DNA of 64,000 nt from an uncultured Bacilli bacterium (lineage in GTDB: Bacteria; Bacillota_I; Bacilli_A; RF39; UBA660): the NCBI GenBank assembly GCA_947631295.1, contig CANRKU010000001.1, forward strand, positions 6,690-70,689. Reading direction: 5' to 3'. The first letter of the stretch is position 1. Every line of letters starts with the position of its first letter. Position numbers and translations under genes: made by a program. The notes under the pieces are model-generated. The model made no database searches and had not been told where the DNA came from. It worked only from the letters and a program-made list of their open reading frames with translations. Of the stretch, positions 31,261 through 40,126 are shown in pieces.

Positions 31261-32358
31261 ATGTTAAATAGTTTAGAAATGGATCAACTTGCAAAGATAA
31301 AAGTAATTGGAGTTGGTGGAGCTGGTTGTAATGCTGTAAATAGAATGATTGAATCAGGAGTAAAAGGTGTAGAATTTATCGTTGCAAATACTGATTTGCA
31401 AGTTTTGAATAATTCTAAAGCAGATATTAAAATTCAAATTGGCGCTAATCTAACCGATGGTTTAGGAGCTGGTGCTAATCCTGATGTAGGAAGAGAAGCT
31501 GCTGTTGAAAGTAAAAAAGAAATCGAAGATGCCTTAACTGGTGCTGATATGGTATTTGTAACTTGTGGTATGGGTGGTGGAACAGGAACTGGTGCTTCTC
31601 CTGTTATTGCTGAAATATCTCAAACAATTGGGGCTTTGACTGTTGCCATTGTTACAAAACCATTTGGCTTTGAAGGAAAGCGCAGAATGGAAAATGCTCT
31701 AAAAGGTTTGGATGAGTTAAAAAAACATGTCGATACTTTGATTATCATTCCAAATGATAGATTAAGAGAAATTATTGATAAAACTACACCAATGCTAGAA
31801 GCATTTAAAGAAGTTGATAATGTTCTTCGTCGTGGTGTTCAATCTATTTCTGATTTAATTGCTGTAGTTGGACTTGTTAACTTAGATTTTGCTGATGTAA
31901 AAGCAGTTATGCAAAATTCTGGAAAGGCTATTATTGGTATTGGTATTGGTATGGGTGAAGATAGAGCTATTGAAGCTGCTAAGCAGGCGGTATCTTCTCC
32001 ACTGCTTGAAACTAGCATTCAAGGAGCAACAGATGCTATTATTAACGTTACTGGAGGAGTAAACTTAACTTTATTTGAAGCAGAACAAGCAGCAGAAGTA
32101 GTAAGAGCTGCATCGAATACAGATATTAATACTATTTTTGGATCTGTTATTAATGAAAACTTGACTGATGAAGTAATTGTTACTGTAATTGCTACTGGAT
32201 TTGATAAAAATGAAAAATCGAAAGAACCTTTATATAATAATGTACAAAATACTACTCGAAGAAGTGCCACTCATGAGGTAGAAATTATGGATGATGATTT
32301 TGATGATGATGGAGACGATGATGATTTTCCAATTTTCTTACAAAATAAAAATTTCTAA
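31261..32358 (+). CDS. ftsZ: cell division GTPase FtsZ
   Basis: Contains the tubulin signature GGGTGTG, a T7 loop and an acidic C-terminal tail. Confidence 0.97.
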   Translation: MLNSLEMDQLAKIKVIGVGGAGCNAVNRMIESGVKGVEFIVANTDLQVLNNSKADIKIQIGANLTDGLGAGANPDVGREAAVESKKEIEDALTGADMVFVTCGMGGGTGTGASPVIAEISQTIGALTVAIVTKPFGFEGKRRMENALKGLDELKKHVDTLIIIPNDRLREIIDKTTPMLEAFKEVDNVLRRGVQSISDLIAVVGLVNLDFADVKAVMQNSGKAIIGIGIGMGEDRAIEAAKQAVSSPLLETSIQGATDAIINVTGGVNLTLFEAEQAAEVVRAASNTDINTIFGSVINENLTDEVIVTVIATGFDKNEKSKEPLYNNVQNTTRRSATHEVEIMDDDFDDDGDDDDFPIFLQNKNF

Positions 32359-32454
32359 AATTTAAAATGCAGATAAAAAGAAAAGATTGAAACCTTTTCT
32401 TTTTATTCATTTCATGATATACTTTATCTACTTTATATATAAGGGGATGAGATT

Positions 32455-33738
32455 ATGAAAGTAGGAATTTATACCTTAGGATGCAAAGTTAATACTTATG
32501 AAAGTGAATATGTTATCTCTCTTTTAAAAGATAAAGGATATATTTTGTCCTCTTTTAATGATATTTGCGATATTTATATTATCAATACTTGTACAGTTAC
32601 GAATCAAAGTGATAGTAAAAGTAGAAAAATTATTCATCAAGCAATCCGTAGAAATCCACATGCTTGTATTGTTGCTATGGGATGTTTTATTGAAGCAAAT
32701 AAGGATATTTCTATTCCTGGTGTAGATATTTTGATAGGAAATAAAGATAAGAGTCAAATAGTTCATTTAATAGAAGAATATTTCTCTAAAAAAGAAACGA
32801 TAGTGGATTTATATTCTGATTTAGGAAATCAATTTGAAGATATGGAAATTAAAAATTTGGAAGGTAGAACACGTGCATTTGTTAAAATCCAGGATGGGTG
32901 TGAAAATTTTTGTAGTTATTGTATTATTCCTTATGTCAGGGGTAAATGTAGAAGTAAACAGTTAACTAAAGTTATTCAAGAAATAGAAAATCTAGTTGGA
33001 AATGGATATCAAGAAATTGTATTAACGGGAATACATACTGGTAATTATGGTAGAGATCTCAATACTAATTTCGCTTCATTATTGAGAAGAATTATGCAAA
33101 TTCCTAATTTACGTCGTTTACGAATTTCTTCAATTGAAATTACTGAATTAACAGATGAAGTGTTGGATATTATCAAAGAATATGATATTATAGCTAATCA
33201 TTTACACATTCCTTTACAATCTGGTAGTAATCAAATTTTAAAATTAATGAATCGTAAATATAATACAGAATATTTTGAAGAAAAAATAAAAAAGATTCGT
33301 AAAATTAGACCAAATATTTCTATTTCTACTGATGTTATTGTAGGTTTTCCTGGGGAAACGGAGGATAATTTTCAAGAAACAATTGATTTCTGTAGAAAAA
33401 TTGAATTTTCAAAAATTCATGTTTTTCCATATTCTGTTAGAAAAAATACACCTGCTAGTAAATTTCCTAATCAAATTGATAGTAACATTAAAAAGATCAG
33501 AGCTAAAAAATTGATAGAGGTATCAAAGGATTTAGAGTTGAAATATATGAATAAATTTTTAAACTGTGAGGTTGAGGTTTTAATTGAACAAGAGAAAGAT
33601 GGGTATAGTTATGGACATACCAGTAATTATTTAGCTGTGCAGGTTGATGGAACTTATCATAGTGAAGATATTGTACATGTACAAATTCATAAGATTCAGT
33701 ATCCTTATTGCCAAGCTTATGTGTTAGTAAAATCATAA
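32455..33738 (+). CDS. mtaB: tRNA t6A37 methylthiotransferase MtaB (radical SAM, MiaB-like)
   Basis: Has an MTTase N-terminal domain (3 Cys), a radical SAM CxxxCxxC site (CENFCSYC) and a TRAM domain. Its length (427 aa) and lack of a MiaB-type N-terminal extension favour MtaB. Confidence 0.8.
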   Translation: MKVGIYTLGCKVNTYESEYVISLLKDKGYILSSFNDICDIYIINTCTVTNQSDSKSRKIIHQAIRRNPHACIVAMGCFIEANKDISIPGVDILIGNKDKSQIVHLIEEYFSKKETIVDLYSDLGNQFEDMEIKNLEGRTRAFVKIQDGCENFCSYCIIPYVRGKCRSKQLTKVIQEIENLVGNGYQEIVLTGIHTGNYGRDLNTNFASLLRRIMQIPNLRRLRISSIEITELTDEVLDIIKEYDIIANHLHIPLQSGSNQILKLMNRKYNTEYFEEKIKKIRKIRPNISISTDVIVGFPGETEDNFQETIDFCRKIEFSKIHVFPYSVRKNTPASKFPNQIDSNIKKIRAKKLIEVSKDLELKYMNKFLNCEVEVLIEQEKDGYSYGHTSNYLAVQVDGTYHSEDIVHVQIHKIQYPYCQAYVLVKS

Positions 33739-33794
33739 AAAACTATATTTTTTATTTTATTTATTGTATAATATATTTATGGTAAGGTGATAAA

Positions 33795-34415
33795 ATGAAA
33801 GAAGAATTAAATTTAGATTTAATGAATATGGTAAGTAAAGATAGCCCTGTTAACAAAAAGAAAGCAGATAAGATGGAAAAAGAACAGGCTGCTCATGATA
33901 TTGATACTACTTTAAAAATTTTACGTCAAAAACAATTAGGAGAATCTTTTTATAGAAAAAGTCTTCAGGATAAGCAAAATACAAAAAATCAGAAAATATT
34001 TGGAAAGACTTATGTTGGAAAAAATGTATTAAAAACCTCTATTCTTATGTTTAGCGTTGCTGCGGGTGTGATTTTAGTTGGTAAAACTGCTAATGCAACG
34101 ATTGAAATTTCTCATTATAATCATGTTCTTGAACAAAAGATGAATGATCAATTAACCCAAGAAGAAAAGGAAAACTATGAAATGGAACATAATCATCCTA
34201 TATTTGATTCTTTAGAAATTTATCAAAATATTCAAGATGCTAAAGATACATTAGATTCTCATTCTTATGATTTTCAGGGTAATAATAATTTTGATGTTAA
34301 TACAGAATATTTACCAGTTGATGAAGGAATTGTAAATTTATCGGAAAAAGATCAAGATGCAATCAACATTGCTACTGATCAAGTTATCAGTGAATATAAA
34401 GAAAGGAGTAGATAA
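33795..34415 (+). CDS. hypothetical single-pass membrane protein (206 aa)
   Basis: ORF with one central TM helix; no recognisable motif. Confidence 0.5.
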   Translation: MKEELNLDLMNMVSKDSPVNKKKADKMEKEQAAHDIDTTLKILRQKQLGESFYRKSLQDKQNTKNQKIFGKTYVGKNVLKTSILMFSVAAGVILVGKTANATIEISHYNHVLEQKMNDQLTQEEKENYEMEHNHPIFDSLEIYQNIQDAKDTLDSHSYDFQGNNNFDVNTEYLPVDEGIVNLSEKDQDAINIATDQVISEYKERSR

Positions 34416-34416
34416 C

Positions 34417-34650
34417 ATGATAGATAATAGCCATGTTGTTTTAGAAAATCAAATAAAATATGATGTAATTGATAAAATAGAATATAATGGTATTTACTTT
34501 GTCTATTTGTCTAATCCTGAAGATATTCAAGATTTTTGTTGTCGTAAAGAAATAGAAGAAAATGATCAAACTTTTTTAGTTGGTTTAAGTGATCAAGAAG
34601 AAGCTAATCTAGCATTAGAACTTTTTACTAAAAAACATGAAAATGATTAA
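34417..34650 (+). CDS. DUF1292-family small acidic protein (YrzB-like)
   Basis: Shows the pattern ..DVIDKIEYNGIYFVYL..ED......F and an acidic C-terminus. The ATG follows an AAGGAG RBS. The longer ORF in the track overlaps the upstream gene. Confidence 0.6.
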   Translation: MIDNSHVVLENQIKYDVIDKIEYNGIYFVYLSNPEDIQDFCCRKEIEENDQTFLVGLSDQEEANLALELFTKKHEND

Positions 34651-34710
34651 GTAAAATAATTATAATATTGGTATAATATCCTTAGGGATATTTTTTTTGG
34701 AGGAAAGTTA

Positions 34711-36906
34711 ATGGCAGTTTATATCAAAGGTAATTTTAAAAAATCCATTTTTAGGAGTGATACTGGTTATTGTATTGGATTGTTTAAAGTAAGAGAAACA
34801 AATTCCACTGAACTAGAAGAATTTCTTGATCATACTATTACTTTTACAGGTTATTTCCATGAATTAACAGAGGATGATATGTATCTTTTTTATGGTCATT
34901 TAGTTGAGCATGAAAAATATGGAAAGCAATTTCAAGTAGAAAGTTATGAAAGAGTACTTCCTGATGATAAAGATGCTACGATTGAATTTTTAAGTAGTGG
35001 ACTATTTAAAGGAATAGGGGAAAAAACAGCAGAGAAAATAGTTTCTTATTTAGGAAAAGATACATTAAACACTATTTTAGAAAATCCTAGTAATTTACTT
35101 TTGATACCAGGTATTACTAAAAAACAAATTGATATTTTACATCACACTTTGTCTCAATATGAGGCAAGTTATAAAACAATAGTAGCATTAGGTGAACTTG
35201 GTTTTTCTACTAAAGATAGTTTATTGATTTATAATCAATATAAAGAAAAAACAAATACAATTTTGGAACAAAATATTTATTTATTGATGGAGGATATTTT
35301 AGAAATCGGTTTTAAAAAAGTAGATGCAATTGCGTTAAAAAATGGAATTTTAAGAGATGATATTCGAAGAATTCAAGCTTCTATTTTATATATTTTAGAT
35401 GAGGTATGTAATTTATATGGACATAGTTATTTAATAGAATCAGAAATTTTTGAATATTTAATTCGTTTATTAGGTAATGAGATAATAGATAGTCAATTCC
35501 AGGATGCATTAGAAAAATTAGAATTGGATTTAAAAATTATTAAAATTAATGAAAAATATTATTTAAAGAAGATGTATGAAGCTGAACAAAATATTGCTAA
35601 AAGATGCGGGTATTTGATGAGAGCTAATGATCATATAGATAAAAAATTGGAAAGTGTTATTCATTCAGTAGAAGAATATTTTGGATGTTATTATAATGAA
35701 GAACAACGGAATGCTATTAGACTTTCTTTTATTAAAAATTTTTTGATTGTAACTGGTGGTCCTGGTACAGGAAAAACGACTATTACAAAGGCAATTTGTG
35801 AATTATTTAGACAGATGAATCGATTATCTCATGAGGCTTTAGCTCAAAGGATTGCTTTATTAGCTCCTACTGGTAGAGCTAGTAAACGAATTAGTGAATC
35901 TACTTCATTACCTGCATCTACTATCCATCGTTTTTTAAAATGGAATAAAGAAAATAATAAATTTGGCATTAATGAGTATCATAAAAGTGATGTTGATTTA
36001 GTAATTATTGATGAATTTAGTATGGTAGATACTTATTTATTTGATTCTTTATTAAAAGGGTTAAAATATGATACAAAAATTATTTTAATAGGAGATTTTA
36101 ATCAATTGCCTAGTGTTGGACCAGGACAATTATTAAAAGATATGATTAATAGTGAATCTTTAAATGTAGTGGTTTTAAAAGAACTTTATCGCCAAAAAGA
36201 AAATTCTAATATTGTCAATTTAGCTTATCAAATTAATGATGATAAGCTGGATACTAGTATTTTTAATAGAGAAGAAGATTTGATTTTTCTACCAGTACCA
36301 GCTGCAAATGTAATGGATAAAATAATGGAAATTTCTATAGATTATGCTAAAAGTCAAAATGATATTCAAATACTTGCTCCTATGTATAAAACTTTAAATG
36401 GTATTGATGCTATCAATTCTTCTTTACAAAATGTTTTTAATTCCAAAAAAATGTCTAAAAAGGAAATTATGATCAATAATGTTATATTTCGTGAAAATGA
36501 TAAAGTAATTCAACTTTCTAATATGCCTGATGAAAATGTTTTTAATGGCGATATTGGTACTATTGATAAGATTAGTAATGGAAATAAGAAAGAAATTTAT
36601 ATTAATTTTGATGGTAATATTATAAAATATACTCCTGCTAATTTTCAAAAATTTAAACATGCTTATGCTATTAGTATTCATAAAAGTCAAGGAAGTGAAT
36701 TTGATACTGTAATTATTCCTATTGTGAATCATTATGGTAAAATGCTATATCGAAAATTGATTTACACTGCTGTTACTCGTGTAAAGAAAAAACTATATTT
36801 GATTGGTGAAATTTCTGCTTTAGAAAAAGCAATTAAAAATAATGATGAAAATTTAAGAAGAACTACTTTAAAAGAAATGTTAATTCAGAATATTCGAGGT
36901 GAATAA
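34711..36906 (+). CDS. recD2: ATP-dependent RecD-like DNA helicase RecD2 (RecD/TraA family)
   Basis: 731 aa with N-terminal HhH/SH3 domains, Walker A (VTGGPGTGKTT) and helicase motifs through VYTAVTRVKK. Confidence 0.9.
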   Translation: MAVYIKGNFKKSIFRSDTGYCIGLFKVRETNSTELEEFLDHTITFTGYFHELTEDDMYLFYGHLVEHEKYGKQFQVESYERVLPDDKDATIEFLSSGLFKGIGEKTAEKIVSYLGKDTLNTILENPSNLLLIPGITKKQIDILHHTLSQYEASYKTIVALGELGFSTKDSLLIYNQYKEKTNTILEQNIYLLMEDILEIGFKKVDAIALKNGILRDDIRRIQASILYILDEVCNLYGHSYLIESEIFEYLIRLLGNEIIDSQFQDALEKLELDLKIIKINEKYYLKKMYEAEQNIAKRCGYLMRANDHIDKKLESVIHSVEEYFGCYYNEEQRNAIRLSFIKNFLIVTGGPGTGKTTITKAICELFRQMNRLSHEALAQRIALLAPTGRASKRISESTSLPASTIHRFLKWNKENNKFGINEYHKSDVDLVIIDEFSMVDTYLFDSLLKGLKYDTKIILIGDFNQLPSVGPGQLLKDMINSESLNVVVLKELYRQKENSNIVNLAYQINDDKLDTSIFNREEDLIFLPVPAANVMDKIMEISIDYAKSQNDIQILAPMYKTLNGIDAINSSLQNVFNSKKMSKKEIMINNVIFRENDKVIQLSNMPDENVFNGDIGTIDKISNGNKKEIYINFDGNIIKYTPANFQKFKHAYAISIHKSQGSEFDTVIIPIVNHYGKMLYRKLIYTAVTRVKKKLYLIGEISALEKAIKNNDENLRRTTLKEMLIQNIRGE

Positions 36907-36980
36907 TTTTAAAAAAAAATATCATACTACTAATGGTATAGAAATATACTGATCATATTTTCAAAGTTAGAGGTGATATT

Positions 36981-37148
36981 ATGAAGAAAAGTAGTATGGT
37001 TGCTGGATCAGCTATATTAATGGCACTTGGTGGTTACGGTGCTTGGTGTGCTTATAAAAAAATGTATCCCAAATGTGCTCAAGAACTAAAACAAGATATG
37101 AAAAAAATGACTAAAAATATGGAAAAAAGCATTGAAGATATGATGTAA
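36981..37148 (+). CDS. small membrane protein (55 aa)
   Basis: Has a strong RBS (GAGGTGA 7 nt upstream), an N-terminal TM helix (MVAGSAILMALGGYGAWCAY), and is followed immediately by a strong terminator. Confidence 0.5.
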   Translation: MKKSSMVAGSAILMALGGYGAWCAYKKMYPKCAQELKQDMKKMTKNMEKSIEDMM

Positions 37149-37150
37149 TA

Positions 37151-37178
37151 AAAGGGACGAATGTCCCTTTTACTTTTT
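37151..37178 (+). terminator. rho-independent terminator (GGGACgaatGTCCC + TTTT)
   Basis: A GC-rich hairpin in an AT-rich context is followed by a T tract. Confidence 0.75.
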
Positions 37179-37323
37179 ATAGAGTGCTTTATATATAGGA
37201 TGATAAATCAAAGCATTTAGTGAATTCATAAAAGTCAAATTATTATGATGATAGAATTCAAGAAAAATGAAAAGAATTGTTACCTAATTTTATTTAGGTA
37301 CAATCCTTTTATAATTAAACTAT

Positions 37324-38112
37324 CTAATCTTTGAAATTTATTTCATCTTTTAATTGTTCATAAAGAATAGAATTTATTAAATTTGGTTTTTCTAAATAAG
37401 TGAAATGCGTAGTTTTATCAATAATAATTAGCTCAGAGTTGGGAATTAATTTATTCATGATATTGCCATCTTTTACTGGAGTTGCTTCATCATTTTTTCC
37501 CCATATTAATAGTGTTTTTGACTTTATATATTTTAAATATGGCTTTAAATCTTCATTGACTACATTTTTAAAAGTTTGCATCATCATGGGGTCTAAGTTT
37601 CTATAATCGTTAGATGCAAATATAGAAAAAATATAATTTTGATATTTTTTTCTATATCTTTTTGGTATTATATATTTTATTTTTTTTAATAATTTGTAAG
37701 TAACTGTTTTTATTTTTTTATAAATAGTTCTTCTAGGTTTAATACCTGCACTATTCATAAGTATAATATTATTAAATGGATAATGATAATATCCTAATAA
37801 AGTAATAATAATTCTACCTCCAAAAGAATGCCCAATCAAAATAGGATCACATATTTTGATATTTTGAATCCATTCATAAATTAGATTTGTATAATCGTAG
37901 ATGGTTAAATCTTTTTTTGGAAAAGTACTATTTCCAAATCCAGGATAGTCTACTATATATACAGTAAAATAGTTTTTTAAAAAATCAATCATATAAGAAA
38001 AAGTATTTCTTGTTTCTCCCCAACCAGGAAGTATAATAATATTTTTTTCTTTATTTCCAAATTTTTCATAATATAGAGTAATGTTTTCATAGGTAAAATA
38101 CATGATAATCAC
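37324..38112 (-). CDS. alpha/beta-fold hydrolase (esterase/lipase-like)
   Basis: 262 aa with a GHSFGG nucleophile elbow, HGW-like oxyanion region and a C-terminal His. Confidence 0.8.
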   Translation of the reverse strand: MIIMYFTYENITLYYEKFGNKEKNIIILPGWGETRNTFSYMIDFLKNYFTVYIVDYPGFGNSTFPKKDLTIYDYTNLIYEWIQNIKICDPILIGHSFGGRIIITLLGYYHYPFNNIILMNSAGIKPRRTIYKKIKTVTYKLLKKIKYIIPKRYRKKYQNYIFSIFASNDYRNLDPMMMQTFKNVVNEDLKPYLKYIKSKTLLIWGKNDEATPVKDGNIMNKLIPNSELIIIDKTTHFTYLEKPNLINSILYEQLKDEINFKD

Positions 38113-38274
38113 CTAATGTATTGTATGCAGTATAAAAGAGAAAGTGTTGACCAAAAATTCGATAAAATTTTACTCCTGATAAAATGAAAAAGAAAAATTA
38201 TGTTATATAAAATATTTTTGTCAAATAAAGTAAAAAAAAGTATAAAAATATTATTTTTATGGTATACTATAATT

Positions 38275-38459
38275 GTCTAGAGGAATCGAGTTTGTCACAT
38301 ATAAAACCGACTAATTAGAACGATACGGGAGCATCCGATCAGCAATTTGTGTTGAATGCCTTTCCATTGGTAAAGGAATCCTAGAAAATTGCGTACGAGC
38401 ACCCACCTGTACAAGTGCAGGTTTTATCGTTAGACATATCGATCCTTTGGACTTTTTTT
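38275..38459 (+). ncRNA. ssrS: candidate 6S RNA (SsrS), about 185 nt
   Basis: An extended -10 promoter (TGgTATACT) lies about 7 nt upstream. The 5' end (GUCUAGAGGAAUCGAU) pairs with the 3' end (AUAUCGAUCCUUUGGAC) in a closing stem of about 15 bp, followed by U7. An internal small hairpin (ACCUG..CAGGU) is present. It lies upstream of a tcdA/yrvM-like gene, mirroring B. subtilis bsrA (6S-1). Confidence 0.5.
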
Positions 38460-38471
38460 ATAGGTGATAAG

Positions 38472-39152
38472 ATGTTTACAAGATTAGAAAAAATAATTGG
38501 TAATCAAAATTTGGAGAAAATTAAAAATACTTCTGTTATGATTGTTGGTATTGGTGGAGTAGGCGGTTATGTAACAGAAGCACTTGTTAGAAGTGGAATT
38601 GAAAAATTAATTATTATTGATCATGATTTTGTTGATATTACGAATAAAAATAGGCAGATTATTGCTTTAGATTCTACAATTGGAAGAAAAAAAGTAGAGG
38701 TAATGAAAGAAAGAATTTTAGATATCAATGCGAATTGTAAGGTAATGAGTTTAGATTTGTTTTTAGATCAAAATAATACAAAAGATATTATTTCTAAATA
38801 CCATCCTGATTATGTAATAGATGCTTGCGATACAGTAACTACTAAAAGAGAAATCATTATGGCATGTTTAAAATTTGATATTTTTTTAATTTCTTCTATG
38901 GGAACAGGAAATAAATTAGATCCTAGTAAACTAAGAATTGATGATATTAGAAAGACTAGTAATGATCCTCTTGCTAAAGTTTTAAGAAAATGGGTAAATG
39001 ATCAGAAAATAAAAGGCAAAATTCCTGTTTTATGGAGTAATGAGGTTCCTATCAAAATTCATGATAGAGTTCCTGGCTCTACTAGTTTTGTTCCAAGTTC
39101 TGCTGGATTAAAAATAGCCGCATATGTCATCAATAATATAATAAATAAATAA
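38472..39152 (+). CDS. tcdA: ThiF/MoeB-family protein, tRNA threonylcarbamoyladenosine dehydratase (TcdA/YrvM-like)
   Basis: Rossmann motif IVGIGGVGGYV. The ATG follows an AGGTGA RBS. Confidence 0.75.
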   Translation: MFTRLEKIIGNQNLEKIKNTSVMIVGIGGVGGYVTEALVRSGIEKLIIIDHDFVDITNKNRQIIALDSTIGRKKVEVMKERILDINANCKVMSLDLFLDQNNTKDIISKYHPDYVIDACDTVTTKREIIMACLKFDIFLISSMGTGNKLDPSKLRIDDIRKTSNDPLAKVLRKWVNDQKIKGKIPVLWSNEVPIKIHDRVPGSTSFVPSSAGLKIAAYVINNIINK

Positions 39153-39178
39153 ATAAAAAAAGAGAGTATTCTCTTTTT

Positions 39179-39796
39179 TTAAAATTTACGATATAAACCA
39201 ATCACTTTTCCTAAAATGGTACAATTTGGTAAGATGATGGGTGACATAAAATCATTTTCCGGTTGTAGACGAATATGATCTTTTTCTTTATAAAAGGTTT
39301 TAACAGTCACTGTATTTTCTTCTGTCATTGCAACTACTGTATCTCCATTGTTAGCTATATTTTGTTTTTGTACAATGATAATATCTCCATCATAAATTCC
39401 AACATTAATCATGGATTCACCACTAACTCTTAGAGTAAATACTTCTTGTTTACTAGGAATTAAGCCAACTGGTAAGGAAAAAAATTCATCAGGCATTTCA
39501 ATTGCTTCAATAGGGTTTCCAGCTGTTACTTTTCCCAATAGAGGTACCTCAATAACTTTTTCGTCTGTCTTTAAGTACTCGTTTGGTACTAATAATTCGA
39601 TGGTTCTATTTTTAGAAGCATCTTTTTTTATATAGCCTTTTTCTACTAATTTATTTAAATGAAATTGGGTAGTAGCTGAAGAATTTAAACCTACCTTAGA
39701 ACCAATTTCTCTTACAGTAGGTGGAAATCCTTTTTCTGCAATTGTTTTTTTGATTATATCTAGAATCTCTTTTTGTCTATCTGTTAAACTTTCCAT
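39179..39796 (-). CDS. lexA: LexA repressor
   Basis: Has an N-terminal wHTH, an Ala-Gly cleavage site (GKVTAG), an S24 peptidase Ser (SGESM) and Lys. Confidence 0.9.
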   Translation of the reverse strand: MESLTDRQKEILDIIKKTIAEKGFPPTVREIGSKVGLNSSATTQFHLNKLVEKGYIKKDASKNRTIELLVPNEYLKTDEKVIEVPLLGKVTAGNPIEAIEMPDEFFSLPVGLIPSKQEVFTLRVSGESMINVGIYDGDIIIVQKQNIANNGDTVVAMTEENTVTVKTFYKEKDHIRLQPENDFMSPIILPNCTILGKVIGLYRKF

Positions 39797-39846
39797 TATA
39801 GACCTCCTTTATTTATTTTTATCTTAACATAAAAAGTGTAAACTGT

Positions 39847-39860
39847 CAAACAAATGTTCA
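39847..39860. promoter_or_regulatory. LexA (Cheo-type) box candidate 1: CAAACAAATGTTCA
   Basis: Matches CGAACATATGTTCG at 11 of 14 positions. Lies in the lexA promoter region. Confidence 0.55.
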
Positions 39861-39878
39861 AATAAATCTATTTTTCTT

Positions 39879-39907
39879 TTGACACAAACATCTGTTTGAT
39901 ATACAAT
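39879..39907 (+). promoter_or_regulatory. sigma-A promoter TTGACA-17-TACAAT whose spacer is the palindromic LexA box CAAACATCTGTTTG (39885..39898)
   Basis: The -35 and -10 hexamers are consensus or near-consensus. The 14-nt perfect palindrome fits Cheo-box geometry (xAAC-N4-GTTx). The -10 lies 27 nt upstream of the small gene ATG. Confidence 0.65.
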
Positions 39908-39933
39908 TGAATTATAGAAAGAGAGGTAATATT

Positions 39934-40077
39934 ATGAAAAGAAATATTAAATTAGTTGTATTTATTTATGTGGGAGTAGCAGTATTTACTTATGCTTTGG
40001 CACAAAGAGTAAATCATTTAGAAATTAGTGGAGATTATCAAAGACAAAATGAAGCAATTGTGCTTCGATTAAAATAA
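39934..40077 (+). CDS. SOS-regulated small membrane protein (47 aa), candidate cell-division inhibitor (YneA/SosA-like in function, not sequence)
   Basis: Divergent from lexA with a good RBS (AGAGAGGT). Carries an N-terminal TM helix (LVVFIYVGVAVFTYALA). Its promoter overlaps a LexA box. Confidence 0.55.
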   Translation: MKRNIKLVVFIYVGVAVFTYALAQRVNHLEISGDYQRQNEAIVLRLK

Positions 40078-40126
40078 ATCATTAAAAAAATAAGGGATTA
40101 TGATATAATATTTTTTAGGTGATAAT

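Noticed and set aside
38275-38459. Riboswitch or T-box leader upstream of the ThiF-family gene
   Set aside because: No T-box consensus (AATTAGGGTGGNACCGCG), specifier-loop architecture or known aptamer core was recognisable. The long 5'/3' closing stem followed by a U-tract, plus synteny with B. subtilis bsrA-yrvM, fits 6S RNA better.
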